Source of the DNA: Naegleria gruberi
Lineage: Eukaryota
DNA length: 64,000 nt
NCBI GenBank assembly: GCA_000004985.1
Contig: GG738845.1
Reading direction: 5' to 3' (one strand)
Both the position numbers and the translations under genes were made by a program. Positions 54,971 to 64,000 of this stretch are shown piece after piece; positions within the stretch are counted from its first letter, which is position 1, and each line of letters begins with the position of its first letter. The notes under the pieces are model-generated. The model had not been told where the DNA came from and searched no databases. It saw nothing but the letters and a program-made list of their open reading frames with translations.

Positions 54971-55626
54971 GTAATTCTTAATACTTTTTCCAGTTTAAAA
55001 AATTAAAAGAATTGGAGAGGATATTTTGAAGGAGGTTATTGCTGATGTTTGTGACGAATTCTCTGATGCCATGTCAGATATTGTTAAAAACACAGCCGCT
55101 CAAGAATTTGGAATGAATGAAACATCTTCAGATATTTCATCATCAATGAATAGGACAAATGATGAAGACCTTTCTACCACATTAAAATCGTCCTTGTAAT
55201 CCTGTTATTTCTTTGTTGAAGGGACGATCTTATTAAAAGACAAAAAACGTCTGTGAGCGTTACAATGAATACTAAATGTTACAGATGTTTCAGAATTAAC
55301 TTATCTGGGTCTTAAAAGTACCAAATAAGTTAGCCATTTTCTGTACAAACATCGGTTCAAAATTCTTCGATTTCTTTCATTAAAATATCAAAATAAAAAC
55401 GCTTAATTGTTGTGATAGTATTTAATTCACAAGTGGAGGGAACTTTTAGTGCGCCATTTATTTTATCATTACACAATTAGGCTGCAGTTGACGACATTAT
55501 AATAGTATAAAAAACAACAGACAAACAAGCTAGTTTGCTGGCTTTTATATTATATACTATTAAAGAACATTGATAGAGTAACAGTAATATAGTAGTAGAG
55601 TAAATTAATGAATTACAAATACAATA

Positions 55627-58443
55627 ATGGGTTCAGCACTCTCAACTCGGTACCCCTCATCAGGCTCTGAAACATCATCATCTTCGGTAAACCACACCCC
55701 TCGAGAGAGTAGAGTGGTGGTTGTTGCCAAGAGAGCCAATTCAACTCCAAACCTTAAAAGCGACTTGAATGCTTCACCTACAAATTTTTCCTCATCAAAC
55801 AATGTGGCCAATAGTGCCACCACTGTTAATACCTCTCCAACATCTTCAATGAATAATAATATATCACCTTCAATGAATCAATTTAAATTTCCAAGACATG
55901 GAGCGAATGGTTCTCGGTCATCTTCATTCACGAGAAGCATTCATGGAGGTACAATATCAACAGCAACTTCTGCTGTACAGAATGCCAACTCTGGTTCATG
56001 CAATAACATCCCTTATTCAAACAATAATAATTTTGATACAACATCAATGGCATCTATTCAGCCATCAGTTATCACAACAAGTAATATAAAACTTCAAGCT
56101 CATGAATCTGCAATATCATTACTAAGGTTCAGTCCAGGTGTAGCAAGAACTCCATCGCCCGACAATACATCAGATGCTCTAAGCTCACCAAAATCTATTG
56201 AACAATTAGTCGATAATACCCACATTTTTACAACAAGTAATCCAAGTATCGTAAGTTCTATTGGAAATAATCAGTCTCCTTCCCCTCCTACATTAAGCTA
56301 TTCCAACACTCCAACAGGAACCACGATAAGTCCTTTTAATAGTGGAAGTTGTTCCACTCCTCCTGTTCCTTCTGTTTCCACCCCACCTACTGTCACCTCT
56401 ACTTCATTGCCTCCAATTCACCCTCAAACAATTTCTGGGTTTAATAGTGTTTCAAGTCCAAATAATGTCAATTCTGCCTCCAATACTGCCTCTCCAACTC
56501 ATTTCACATTTCCTTCACACACTCCAACTCTTTATCCCATTCAAACGGAGAGCAATTCTTTACCGAGTATTGACAGAGTATCTACTCCTAATAGATATAG
56601 GCATATTCCACCGAATGCTTTTGCAGCTTTTAATTCAAACAGAAGAGGATCAGTCACTAATCCTATTGTACCTGTTGCTATTGTTGAAAATAACAATTCA
56701 GGGACCTCACATTCAATTGAAGTGACCAATTCTTTTTCGTCTCTTTCACAATGGGGCGGAATTAATGAGGAAATTATTCTTCCTGAAACACAGAAAATGA
56801 ATGAATACAATAAGGAACTTAAAAAACAGGTTAAAAGCACCATTAGTCCAGAGGATTTAACTAGATTGGAAATTGGTGACAATAGCGATATTCTCATTCA
56901 AATGCTTCTTTATAATCCAATAGCAACAGTAATCACAGATTTGGACGGGAATATTATTGTGATGAACGAACCCTTTAAGCAACTATTCAGAGTGGATGAT
57001 CCAGAAACCATTACAAGCATTTCAATATTCATTCCTAAAGAATACAGAAAATTTCATGAAAAGATTCTTAGAAAATATAAGAAAAAGAACAGACCAAAGA
57101 TTAAGAGAGTAACGTTGGGATTAACACAATATGGTGACAAAATTCCAATATCCATATCAGTCACCTCTTCTGAGCTTCAAAGTTCTGGAAAACCTGTCTA
57201 TATTTGTTTTATCAAGGATCTTACAAGTGAATTCAAACTTAACACCCTAGACGTCATGTATCAAAATGTTACAGGACTTTCTTCTATTCCTATCATTGGT
57301 ATAGACCAAGATTGTAGAATTACATTATTTAATCATGCAGCCGAAGAGACTTGGATGATTAGTAAAACAGAGGTACTCGAAAATAATGTTAAAATTCTAA
57401 TGCCAGAGGCAACAGGAAAGGTGCATGACAAATTTGTGACTGAGTATATTATTGGTAAAAGAGAAAAATCAGTCATTGACAAAGTTAAGCAAGTCATTGG
57501 AAGAAGAGTTGGAAATGGCAAAGAATTCCCACTAGAAATTAAGGTGGCTGAGGTTAAGCACGAACTCAACAACAAGAGATCATTCGTTGCATTTTTAAGA
57601 GATTTAACAGCTGTCATGACTGCAAGAGAGTTTCAGTTGACTCTTTACCCAGAAAAAGTTGTAAATATGTTAGAGTCAGGAGAAAGAACTATTCACCATC
57701 ACCACACTTGTGCCAGTGTTTTGTTTTGTGATATTGTTGGTTTTACAGAAATATCTAGACAAATGGAAAGTAATGAATTGGTGATGATTTTGGATGAAAT
57801 TATTTCAATGTTCGACAATCATCTGTTAAGCAAATACAGAATTGAAAAGATTAAAACAATGGGTGACAATTATATGTGTGCAACTGGACTGGATGACAGT
57901 ACTGACCATGCGAATAATATTGTTGAGGCTGCTATTGAAATGCAAAAATTAATGCATGAATTTAATGAGAGACATGCCGAATTGAGACTTAGATTTCCAG
58001 ATCATTGCAACAATTTTGGACAAGTTATTTCTGTAAGAGTTGGTGTTAATTCGGGAGATTTAGTAGCAGGTATTGTTGGTAACAGAAAACCAGTTTATGA
58101 TGTTTTTGGAGATAATGTCAATCTTGCCTCAAGAATGGAAAGTTCAGGAATTGAATCACAAGTCCAAATCACTCCAAAAACATATAGCTTATTGAAAAAT
58201 GAATTGAAACAATATTTTACAATAAGAAGGGATAACAAGGTTAAAGGTATTGGTCTAATGGATACGTACATTACAAATCTCTCCCCCGAAAGTTTTGATA
58301 TGAAAAGTGCAAGAATTAATTCTCGTCACGCTCATCAAAACTCTGGAATACCTAATATTGGAGATATTGATGAGCATTCATTCTCTCTAACATCCACTTC
58401 CATTGAAGACGATATTGATGGAGTTGAACATTCGAATTTATAA
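55627..58443 (+). CDS. soluble PAS-PAS-adenylyl cyclase (class III nucleotidyl cyclase catalytic domain)
   Basis: The 938-aa ORF has a roughly 390-aa S/T/N/P-rich N-terminus. Two PAS-like modules follow (..IATVITDLDGNIIVMNEPFKQLF.. and ..IIGIDQDCRITLFNHAAEETWMI..). The C-terminal cyclase domain carries FCDIVGFTE, KIKTMGDNYMCATGL, VRVGVNSGDLVAGIVGNRKPVYDVFGDNVNLASRMESSG. The Lys before T in KIKT and the Asp in PVYDVFG are the adenylyl (not guanylyl) specificity residues. Confidence 0.78.
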   Translation: MGSALSTRYPSSGSETSSSSVNHTPRESRVVVVAKRANSTPNLKSDLNASPTNFSSSNNVANSATTVNTSPTSSMNNNISPSMNQFKFPRHGANGSRSSSFTRSIHGGTISTATSAVQNANSGSCNNIPYSNNNNFDTTSMASIQPSVITTSNIKLQAHESAISLLRFSPGVARTPSPDNTSDALSSPKSIEQLVDNTHIFTTSNPSIVSSIGNNQSPSPPTLSYSNTPTGTTISPFNSGSCSTPPVPSVSTPPTVTSTSLPPIHPQTISGFNSVSSPNNVNSASNTASPTHFTFPSHTPTLYPIQTESNSLPSIDRVSTPNRYRHIPPNAFAAFNSNRRGSVTNPIVPVAIVENNNSGTSHSIEVTNSFSSLSQWGGINEEIILPETQKMNEYNKELKKQVKSTISPEDLTRLEIGDNSDILIQMLLYNPIATVITDLDGNIIVMNEPFKQLFRVDDPETITSISIFIPKEYRKFHEKILRKYKKKNRPKIKRVTLGLTQYGDKIPISISVTSSELQSSGKPVYICFIKDLTSEFKLNTLDVMYQNVTGLSSIPIIGIDQDCRITLFNHAAEETWMISKTEVLENNVKILMPEATGKVHDKFVTEYIIGKREKSVIDKVKQVIGRRVGNGKEFPLEIKVAEVKHELNNKRSFVAFLRDLTAVMTAREFQLTLYPEKVVNMLESGERTIHHHHTCASVLFCDIVGFTEISRQMESNELVMILDEIISMFDNHLLSKYRIEKIKTMGDNYMCATGLDDSTDHANNIVEAAIEMQKLMHEFNERHAELRLRFPDHCNNFGQVISVRVGVNSGDLVAGIVGNRKPVYDVFGDNVNLASRMESSGIESQVQITPKTYSLLKNELKQYFTIRRDNKVKGIGLMDTYITNLSPESFDMKSARINSRHAHQNSGIPNIGDIDEHSFSLTSTSIEDDIDGVEHSNL

Positions 58444-58496
58444 ATTATTAATTTTCCATGTTAATTATTATTCTAAAAAAAAGAATTTATTAAAAA

Positions 58497-58808
58497 ATGC
58501 AACAAGTTGATGATAATTCATCGGATGAATATGATGACATTCACTTGGTGTTCGACATTCCGGATTTTAATTTAATTGAAAATTTAAAATTTGAAAAGTA
58601 TTCAATTATTGGGATGGACACTGATAGACCAATGGTGAAAATCGACAATTTTATATTTGAAGGAAAATTTGAAAATTTACTATCGGATACTGCTATTTGT
58701 GTTGAACAATATCAATCGGACGACCATCACCATCATAAACCGACTGTTATTTCCACAAGAACTATATTAAAATTGAACAGAGTATTAATTGGACCAAAAA
58801 AGCTTTAA
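58497..58808 (+). CDS. TFIIIC subunit 6 (GTF3C6 / tau55-related / Sfc7)-like small protein
   Basis: The segment DDIHLVFDIPDFNLIENLKFEKYSIIGMDTDRPMVKIDNFIFEGKFENLLSDTAICVEQ matches the GTF3C6 core (LVLVELSGIIDSDFL..C...K.LGIDTERPILQVD..VFAGEYEDTLGTCV.FEE). Confidence 0.55.
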   Translation: MQQVDDNSSDEYDDIHLVFDIPDFNLIENLKFEKYSIIGMDTDRPMVKIDNFIFEGKFENLLSDTAICVEQYQSDDHHHHKPTVISTRTILKLNRVLIGPKKL

Positions 58809-58983
58809 TGGACAAGTTTTATCAATTGATTTTCAATACACCACACATAGAAGGAAATATTGAAACTATATGAGCATGGCCAAATGAAACATTTCAAAAA
58901 TACTAGTAGAGAAACAACATCTTCAATTAATTGATGATGAAGAATTGTTTCAATTTTGATATTAATAAAATTAATAAGAAAAA

Positions 58984-60192
58984 ATGAGCAACAACCAACA
59001 AGGAAATTACATTAATTTTCGGCCTTCATCATCAAATAATGGTGGCGGAGGTAGTTATGGTGGATCATCATCATCATCCTCCTCTAAGAAACAACACAAA
59101 TATCCAAAACGTCTGAGTCAAAATCAAGAAAAGACTAAATCATCATCAGGAAGTGAAAATATTTATCGACCACAACTTGCTGCACCAAGCAATGCACCAC
59201 TTCCATCAGCAGAAGAAATGTATAATAGTAGAACTAATCAAGATAGAGACACTAGAAACAAATCACCTATTAAACCGTTAAGAAATTTCAACAATTGGGT
59301 TAAAGGAGTATTGATCCATAAATACGTACCAACACAATCAACAGTTTTGGATATTAGTTGCGGAAAGGGAGGTGATTTATTTAAATATCACTTTCGTAAT
59401 ATCAAGAATTATGTTGGTGTAGATATTGCTCTTTCATCTCTTGTAGATTGTATTAACAGATATAATGAAAATTCAACACAATTTAAATTTCCAATGTCTC
59501 TAGTTCATGCTGATGTAGGAAGGGTATGTATTTTGATTTATTTATTATTTTGAACTTTTTAGAGATCAATTGAATCAGCTTTACCTAGAGGACTGCTCTT
59601 CGATGCTGTCAGTTGTCAATTTGCTGTTCACTACATGTTTGATGCTGAAGAGCATGCTAGAACTCTCTTGAGAAACGTTTCTGAGAGATTGAAAATTGGT
59701 GGTAAATTTATTGTCACAACGTCAGATGCCTATGTTCTTGTAAAAATGTTAAGGGCAGCTCAAGGCCTTACTCTTAAGAATGAGGTGTTCGAAGCAACTT
59801 TCCATTGCACTAGTGAAAAATCATTCCCTCAAACATTTGGTAATCGTTATGATTTCCAATTAGTAGATGCTGTTGATAGATGTGCTGAATATCTTGTTCC
59901 TCCAAAACATTTCATTGATTTGGCCAAGGAACATAATTTGTCCCTTGTTGAACATTTGAATTTCCATGATTTTTATCAAAAGTATGGCAGTAATCAAGAA
60001 ACTAAGGTAAATGTTAAACCAGAACTCAAATTGGAAGGTATGACAGAAGATCAATGGACTGCCATCTATTTGTACAGAGCTTTTGTTTTTGAAAAGATTG
60101 GAGATGACACCTCACTAGTTCAAGATTATCAATTTAATCAACCTTCAGGATATAGAAAACTTTCTGAATCTGACATTATCTCACTTAAATAA
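58984..60192 (+). CDS. RNMT: mRNA cap guanine-N7 methyltransferase (RNMT/Abd1); join(58984..59523,59563..60192)
   Basis: Exon 1 encodes NFNNWVKGVLIHKYVP..TVLDISCGKGGDLFKY (SAM motif I), VGVDIALSSLVDCINRY and HADVGR before a GTATGT donor at 59524. The 39-nt intron ends TTTTTAG. Exon 2 encodes LLFDAVSCQFAVHYMFDAEEHARTLLRNVSERLKIGGKFIVTTSDA...YDFQL, matching RNMT (FD.CSCQFVCHYSFES.EQA..MLRNA.ERL.PGGYFIGTTP). Confidence 0.82.
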
Positions 60193-60393
60193 ACACCCTA
60201 GTATTTTGTTAACTTGAACTTCAATTCTAAATTAAAACCATCAAGACCATTTAATATCCACGACAATTATAACCTACAACAACCTTCATACAGAAAACAA
60301 CTTTATTTTTACCTCAAGGTTCACCTTTGTAGTTGAAATAAAGTCATTGAGTGCACTTTGAAATCTCTATCAACAAGTAAGAAAAAAAAAACA

Positions 60394-61278
60394 ATGAGCA
60401 AGAACTTCAACTTTAGATCTGAGAAAGTGTCGTCATCCAGTACTGCTTCCACCAGTGGTAGTAGCAGTGGCAACAAGAAGGATGTTACCAAGACAAGTTC
60501 TATGTTTAAATCGACCAAGCCAACTGAAAATAATTCAACAACCACCACTATTACATATAAGGACATGCCAATAACTTTCAAAAAGGAAGATGTCGAAGTG
60601 ATATCGAACAGTGGCATTGTTCTCATCAAGACTTTTAGAAATCATCCAAACCTCCAACAAGATTTAATTAATTACTGCCTCAGTGCATTGAGAGGAAATG
60701 AGGAGGGCATAACTGGAACTGAATTTCCTACCGATGAAACAACCTTTCAAAAGTGTTTCCTCGACATTCCATTCGAACAATTCAACTCTAAATTTGCCGA
60801 CATTATTTGTGGAGCAGCCATGAAAGTAGCCAAAGAACATTGCAAAATATTACAAGACTATCAAGATGATTTCCGTATAGCTCAACTATGCTACTATACC
60901 AATAAGGGAAAGCTAGGATGGCACAGAGATAGAATTAGTGGATTAACCCCAGAGGAGCAACATTTAATAGTAAGTCCTGTGGTATCCATGTCTTTAGGCA
61001 ATGATTCTATATTCAGTTACAAACTCAATACTATCAATGAAACCACTGGAAAATTAGAATATGGAACGGAAGCCATCGATCTTCAATTGAAATCTGGAGA
61101 TATTCTCATCTTTGGAGCCACTCAACGAATGTTCTATCACTGTGTTAAAAGAATTATTCCATCAACCAATCACCACAAACTGGATATGGACGGATTGAGT
61201 GGGAGAATTAATATCACACTAAGGGAGGGAACTTACTATCCAGAAAACATTGGTGCTCCAACTGCAAACTTGTTTTAA
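60394..61278 (+). CDS. AlkB-family Fe(II)/2-oxoglutarate-dependent dioxygenase
   Basis: The first ATG is at 60394 in an AAAAAAAAAACAATG context, since the track start at 60358 is TTG. Motifs present are LGWHRDR (HxD), IFGATQRMFYHCV (second His) and RINITLR (RxNxTxR). The N-terminal 50 aa are S/T-rich. Confidence 0.7.
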   Translation: MSKNFNFRSEKVSSSSTASTSGSSSGNKKDVTKTSSMFKSTKPTENNSTTTTITYKDMPITFKKEDVEVISNSGIVLIKTFRNHPNLQQDLINYCLSALRGNEEGITGTEFPTDETTFQKCFLDIPFEQFNSKFADIICGAAMKVAKEHCKILQDYQDDFRIAQLCYYTNKGKLGWHRDRISGLTPEEQHLIVSPVVSMSLGNDSIFSYKLNTINETTGKLEYGTEAIDLQLKSGDILIFGATQRMFYHCVKRIIPSTNHHKLDMDGLSGRINITLREGTYYPENIGAPTANLF

Positions 61279-61405
61279 TAAACTCAAAGGTAGCACCTTC
61301 ATTCCCTGGCCAATTCGTTCTTTTTATTATCCATTCGAATTCAAATTGTTTAGTAAAGTTTCGAATGGTTCATGATGAGTGTGATGAAAGTTCTCTACAA
61401 AAAAA

Positions 61406-63256
61406 ATGCTGAATCATCAGCAGCTGAATCATCATTTCGAGTCGGAAAATGAAGTAAAATCTTCAACATCATCCATGCGAAATAATGTAAAGAATACAAC
61501 AACAACAATAATAACAACAAATGGGACAATACATAGTATTGTAGGAGGAGGAGGAGGAAATAATTTTGAACGAAAATCAACATCCTCACCGAGAACATTA
61601 GACTATACTAATAGTAATAATAACAAACAAAAACTTTCCTTTATAATGAATAGATTAATTCTATTCGGAGCCTTGTTGCTATTTATTTATTTAATTTATG
61701 TCATGCTCAAGTTTCATAGTACAGTGAAGAGTAATGAAAGTACAACCAATAATCGAATTAAAAGCGAGTTTATCAGTGAGGATGATCCGTCCACAATTAA
61801 AAACATTATCAAGGAACAAATTGAACAAGAACAGCAGCAGCAAATAGAGGATAAATCCGATGCTGATAATATTCTAGATAATATTCTAGATAACGCTACT
61901 AGTAAGAAGGGTAACAAACAACAATTGGATGGTAATATAATTGATACGACGAATATTGATTCTGTCAATACGAAAAATGTAAATTCCAATAGTAATAGTG
62001 TGAATAAGAATACATTCAGTACAAGTATAATGGATGAAGAGGCACAAATTGAATTGGTTTGTAATTTAAATATTCAACGATCGGATTCTTGTTATAATAA
62101 TTGTAACAAGATTAATGAAATGAAAAAGGAATTGGAATTATATTGTAAACCTAAAGATAGTGATGAATCTTTGATGAAATGTACAAATTTATATAATTCA
62201 CTAATTTGTCAAACTAATAATCTAGTAATGGATTTGCAAAAAATTTCAAAATCAAATTGTTTGAAATATAGAAGTCAATATAATTGTGTAAATAATAATG
62301 TTAAATCTATGTATGTCTATGAAAAGAATGCTTTCAAATTGAATTGTAATATAAATTTTAGAAATTCCAAATTTTCCATTGATTTCCAAAAGGACTATTT
62401 CAACTCATTCAATTATGATACATTTAAGAATTTAAAAGTTATTGAGAATGAAAATCTAGTTACCATATTAGTTTTTAGAGAAAATGGAATTAGAAATGAA
62501 ATTAACAATATTTATTACTTTATTAATGAGTTATATAATACATATATGGTAATTGAACTTTTTGATTTGGGAGTAGAGTGGGATTTGATTCATATAGTTT
62601 TTATGGATGAGCACGAAAATTCAAAATTCGACTCTATATGGAAATTAATGTTCAAGCAAACTAGGCAACTAAATCAAATATATCCAGAAATGAATCAATT
62701 GGTCAAATTCCAACATGTTCTATTTCAACCTTCAGTTTACAATTCTCCAATTATTAATTATTCCAAAAATGTTAACCATGATTGCCAATCAGTTGATTTG
62801 CTCAACAATTTTGCGAAAATTATCCTACGTAAATTGAGTACCGTTACTACATTACCATTTAAAATAGCTCAAAAGTCACTCTTGGTTGTCTGCATGTACC
62901 AAGATGATAGATTGAAACAGTATTGGACCAATACTGATACACAAGTTAATTACCAACTAATTGACTATTCAACCTTTTCAACATTGAGTATACCACAACA
63001 AATAATTCTATCCTCAAAGGCCAATTTGTTGATTGGCAGAGGTGACAAATTAATTTATTCTTTATTTATGAAACATGGCAATTATGTAATTGAACTAGTT
63101 GATACAGATTCACAAACTTCCTATCAAGAATCATTTAACAATATTGCACAATGGAAGGGACTTCAATACGAGAAAACACATACAATGACTATTTTAAATG
63201 GAGGTCAAAGAGATTTTAATATATTTTTGAATTTAGTTTTATCTAAAATAAAATAA
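61406..63256 (+). CDS. type II membrane protein, putative Golgi glycosyltransferase (DUF563/GT61-like)
   Basis: The 616-aa ORF has a short cytosolic N-terminus, a single TM segment LILFGALLLFIYLIYVML and a large Cys-containing lumenal domain. The C-terminal LLIGRGDKLIYSLFMKHGNYVIELVD resembles the G.HGAGL.N..F...G..V.E motif of DUF563 transferases, which I recall only weakly. Confidence 0.4.
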   Translation: MLNHQQLNHHFESENEVKSSTSSMRNNVKNTTTTIITTNGTIHSIVGGGGGNNFERKSTSSPRTLDYTNSNNNKQKLSFIMNRLILFGALLLFIYLIYVMLKFHSTVKSNESTTNNRIKSEFISEDDPSTIKNIIKEQIEQEQQQQIEDKSDADNILDNILDNATSKKGNKQQLDGNIIDTTNIDSVNTKNVNSNSNSVNKNTFSTSIMDEEAQIELVCNLNIQRSDSCYNNCNKINEMKKELELYCKPKDSDESLMKCTNLYNSLICQTNNLVMDLQKISKSNCLKYRSQYNCVNNNVKSMYVYEKNAFKLNCNINFRNSKFSIDFQKDYFNSFNYDTFKNLKVIENENLVTILVFRENGIRNEINNIYYFINELYNTYMVIELFDLGVEWDLIHIVFMDEHENSKFDSIWKLMFKQTRQLNQIYPEMNQLVKFQHVLFQPSVYNSPIINYSKNVNHDCQSVDLLNNFAKIILRKLSTVTTLPFKIAQKSLLVVCMYQDDRLKQYWTNTDTQVNYQLIDYSTFSTLSIPQQIILSSKANLLIGRGDKLIYSLFMKHGNYVIELVDTDSQTSYQESFNNIAQWKGLQYEKTHTMTILNGGQRDFNIFLNLVLSKIK

Positions 63257-63263
63257 GCAAAGC

Positions 63264-64000
63264 TTAATCACTAATGACATATTCCTCTGGCTCTTCCTCG
63301 TCATAGGATTCTTCACTATCAAACTCTTCATCTTCAGACGATTCAAACACGTCCTTCTTGTTATTATCGAATTCTTGATTTTCTACCTGTTTGAACTTGT
63401 TGTAATCCAATCGATTGACCATGAGGGATTGTTCTTCCTCTTCTTCACTAGGGGAGGCACTCGAAGCATCTTCTTCTGCTGGTCTTGAAACTCTCACAGT
63501 CTTTTGGCCATATTGTGAACGAGGAGGAACGTAATCATTGGTAACTGTTTGTTTCACACCCATTTCACTTTCACTACTGGTTGTGGATTCATCGTCTTCA
63601 TCAACCATCTTTTCAGGTATTTGCATTTTGTTTGGAGGTAAATAGAGTAAATCTTGTTTTTCAACACTTGGTAGCAAGTGTTTTCTGTGTTTACCAATCC
63701 ATTTAGGAGAGGCTGCATCAAACAGAGAAGGAATAGTAAACGTTGAAGCCTTGTCATTTTGATCCAACCACGATTTAAATGATGTCAATTGGTTAATTAC
63801 CTTCAATTGATTTCCATTCTTTGAGAAAATTGGTTGGTTGATACGTCTACCACCCATTTTCAAAAGTGGATTCTTCTTTACATCTGCCGTATTTTGATCT
63901 AATTTAACCTTTTGAATTGGTGGTAAAATATTTCCAATAATTGCCAACAAGTTATTATTGTTGAATTGCAATGACAAATGATAGGCATCAATATAATTAC
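63264..64000 (-). CDS. 5'-truncated (window edge) hypothetical protein with acidic S/E/D-rich C-terminus
   Basis: The ORF-track M at 63977 is TTG, and the frame stays open to nt 64000 (..NYIDAYHLSLQFNNNN..), so the start lies beyond the window. The C-terminal 60 aa are poly-acidic. Confidence 0.45.
   Translation of the reverse strand, partial: NYIDAYHLSLQFNNNNLLAIIGNILPPIQKVKLDQNTADVKKNPLLKMGGRRINQPIFSKNGNQLKVINQLTSFKSWLDQNDKASTFTIPSLFDAASPKWIGKHRKHLLPSVEKQDLLYLPPNKMQIPEKMVDEDDESTTSSESEMGVKQTVTNDYVPPRSQYGQKTVRVSRPAEEDASSASPSEEEEEQSLMVNRLDYNKFKQVENQEFDNNKKDVFESSEDEEFDSEESYDEEEPEEYVISD

Noticed and set aside
1-64000. CRISPR arrays, rRNA genes, prokaryotic operons or phage modules
   Set aside because: There are no regularly spaced direct repeats and no rRNA-like GC-rich conserved blocks. 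Genes contain spliceosomal introns and encode eukaryote-specific proteins such as LC8, HOP2, PCIF1, F-box and TFIIIC6.

Overview
This window is AT-rich nuclear DNA from a eukaryote, most likely a dictyostelid-type amoebozoan. The evidence is A-rich AAAATG start contexts, long poly-N/Q/S coding tracts, TAA stops, and short AT-rich spliceosomal introns (41-210 nt) with GTAAGT/GTATGT donors and (T/A)-rich...AG acceptors. A tRNA gene carrying an intron also fits, and nothing in the window is organised like a prokaryotic operon. I found no rRNA, CRISPR array or prokaryotic operon.

The region is gene-dense. I can support about 39 protein-coding genes across both strands plus one intron-containing tRNA-Leu.

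The ORF track breaks at least 15 genes at introns, and it labels non-ATG codons (TTG/GTG) as M. I rebuilt the gene models by hand, and the exon coordinates are given per feature.

Genes I can identify with reasonable confidence:
- a divergent vacuolar-type H+-pyrophosphatase, truncated at the 5' end by the window edge;
- an oligopeptidase-B-like S9 peptidase;
- a GH31 alpha-glucosidase;
- dynein light chain LC8;
- a WD40 protein;
- a protein combining PX, F-box and LRR domains;
- an Nna1-type M14 cytosolic carboxypeptidase;
- two paralogous F-box/RNI-type LRR proteins;
- a five-exon receptor-like protein kinase;
- an ERG25-like C-4 methylsterol oxidase and an ERG3-like C-5 sterol desaturase, flanking an enolase-phosphatase E1 gene;
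- a twin-Cx9C (MIC19-like) protein;
- riboflavin kinase;
- HOP2/TBPIP;
- an adenylate-kinase-like P-loop kinase;
- a PCIF1/CAPAM-like cap adenosine methyltransferase;
- a possible Cdt1;
- a rhomboid protease;
- TFIIIC subunit 6;
- the mRNA cap guanine-N7 methyltransferase;
- an AlkB-family dioxygenase;
- a putative Golgi glycosyltransferase.

The two most unusual objects are:
- an ITPase (Ham1) gene whose fold is interrupted by a roughly 105-aa His/Cys-rich, internally duplicated insertion that looks metal-binding;
- a soluble PAS-PAS adenylyl-cyclase gene.

A degraded Harbinger/PIF-type transposase fragment, bracketed by two related motifs that contain the palindrome AAAACACGTGTTTT, sits in the only large intergenic gap.

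Every call rests on reading the sequence and remembering family motifs. I could not run any database search or alignment, so every named family still needs BLAST/HMMER confirmation.
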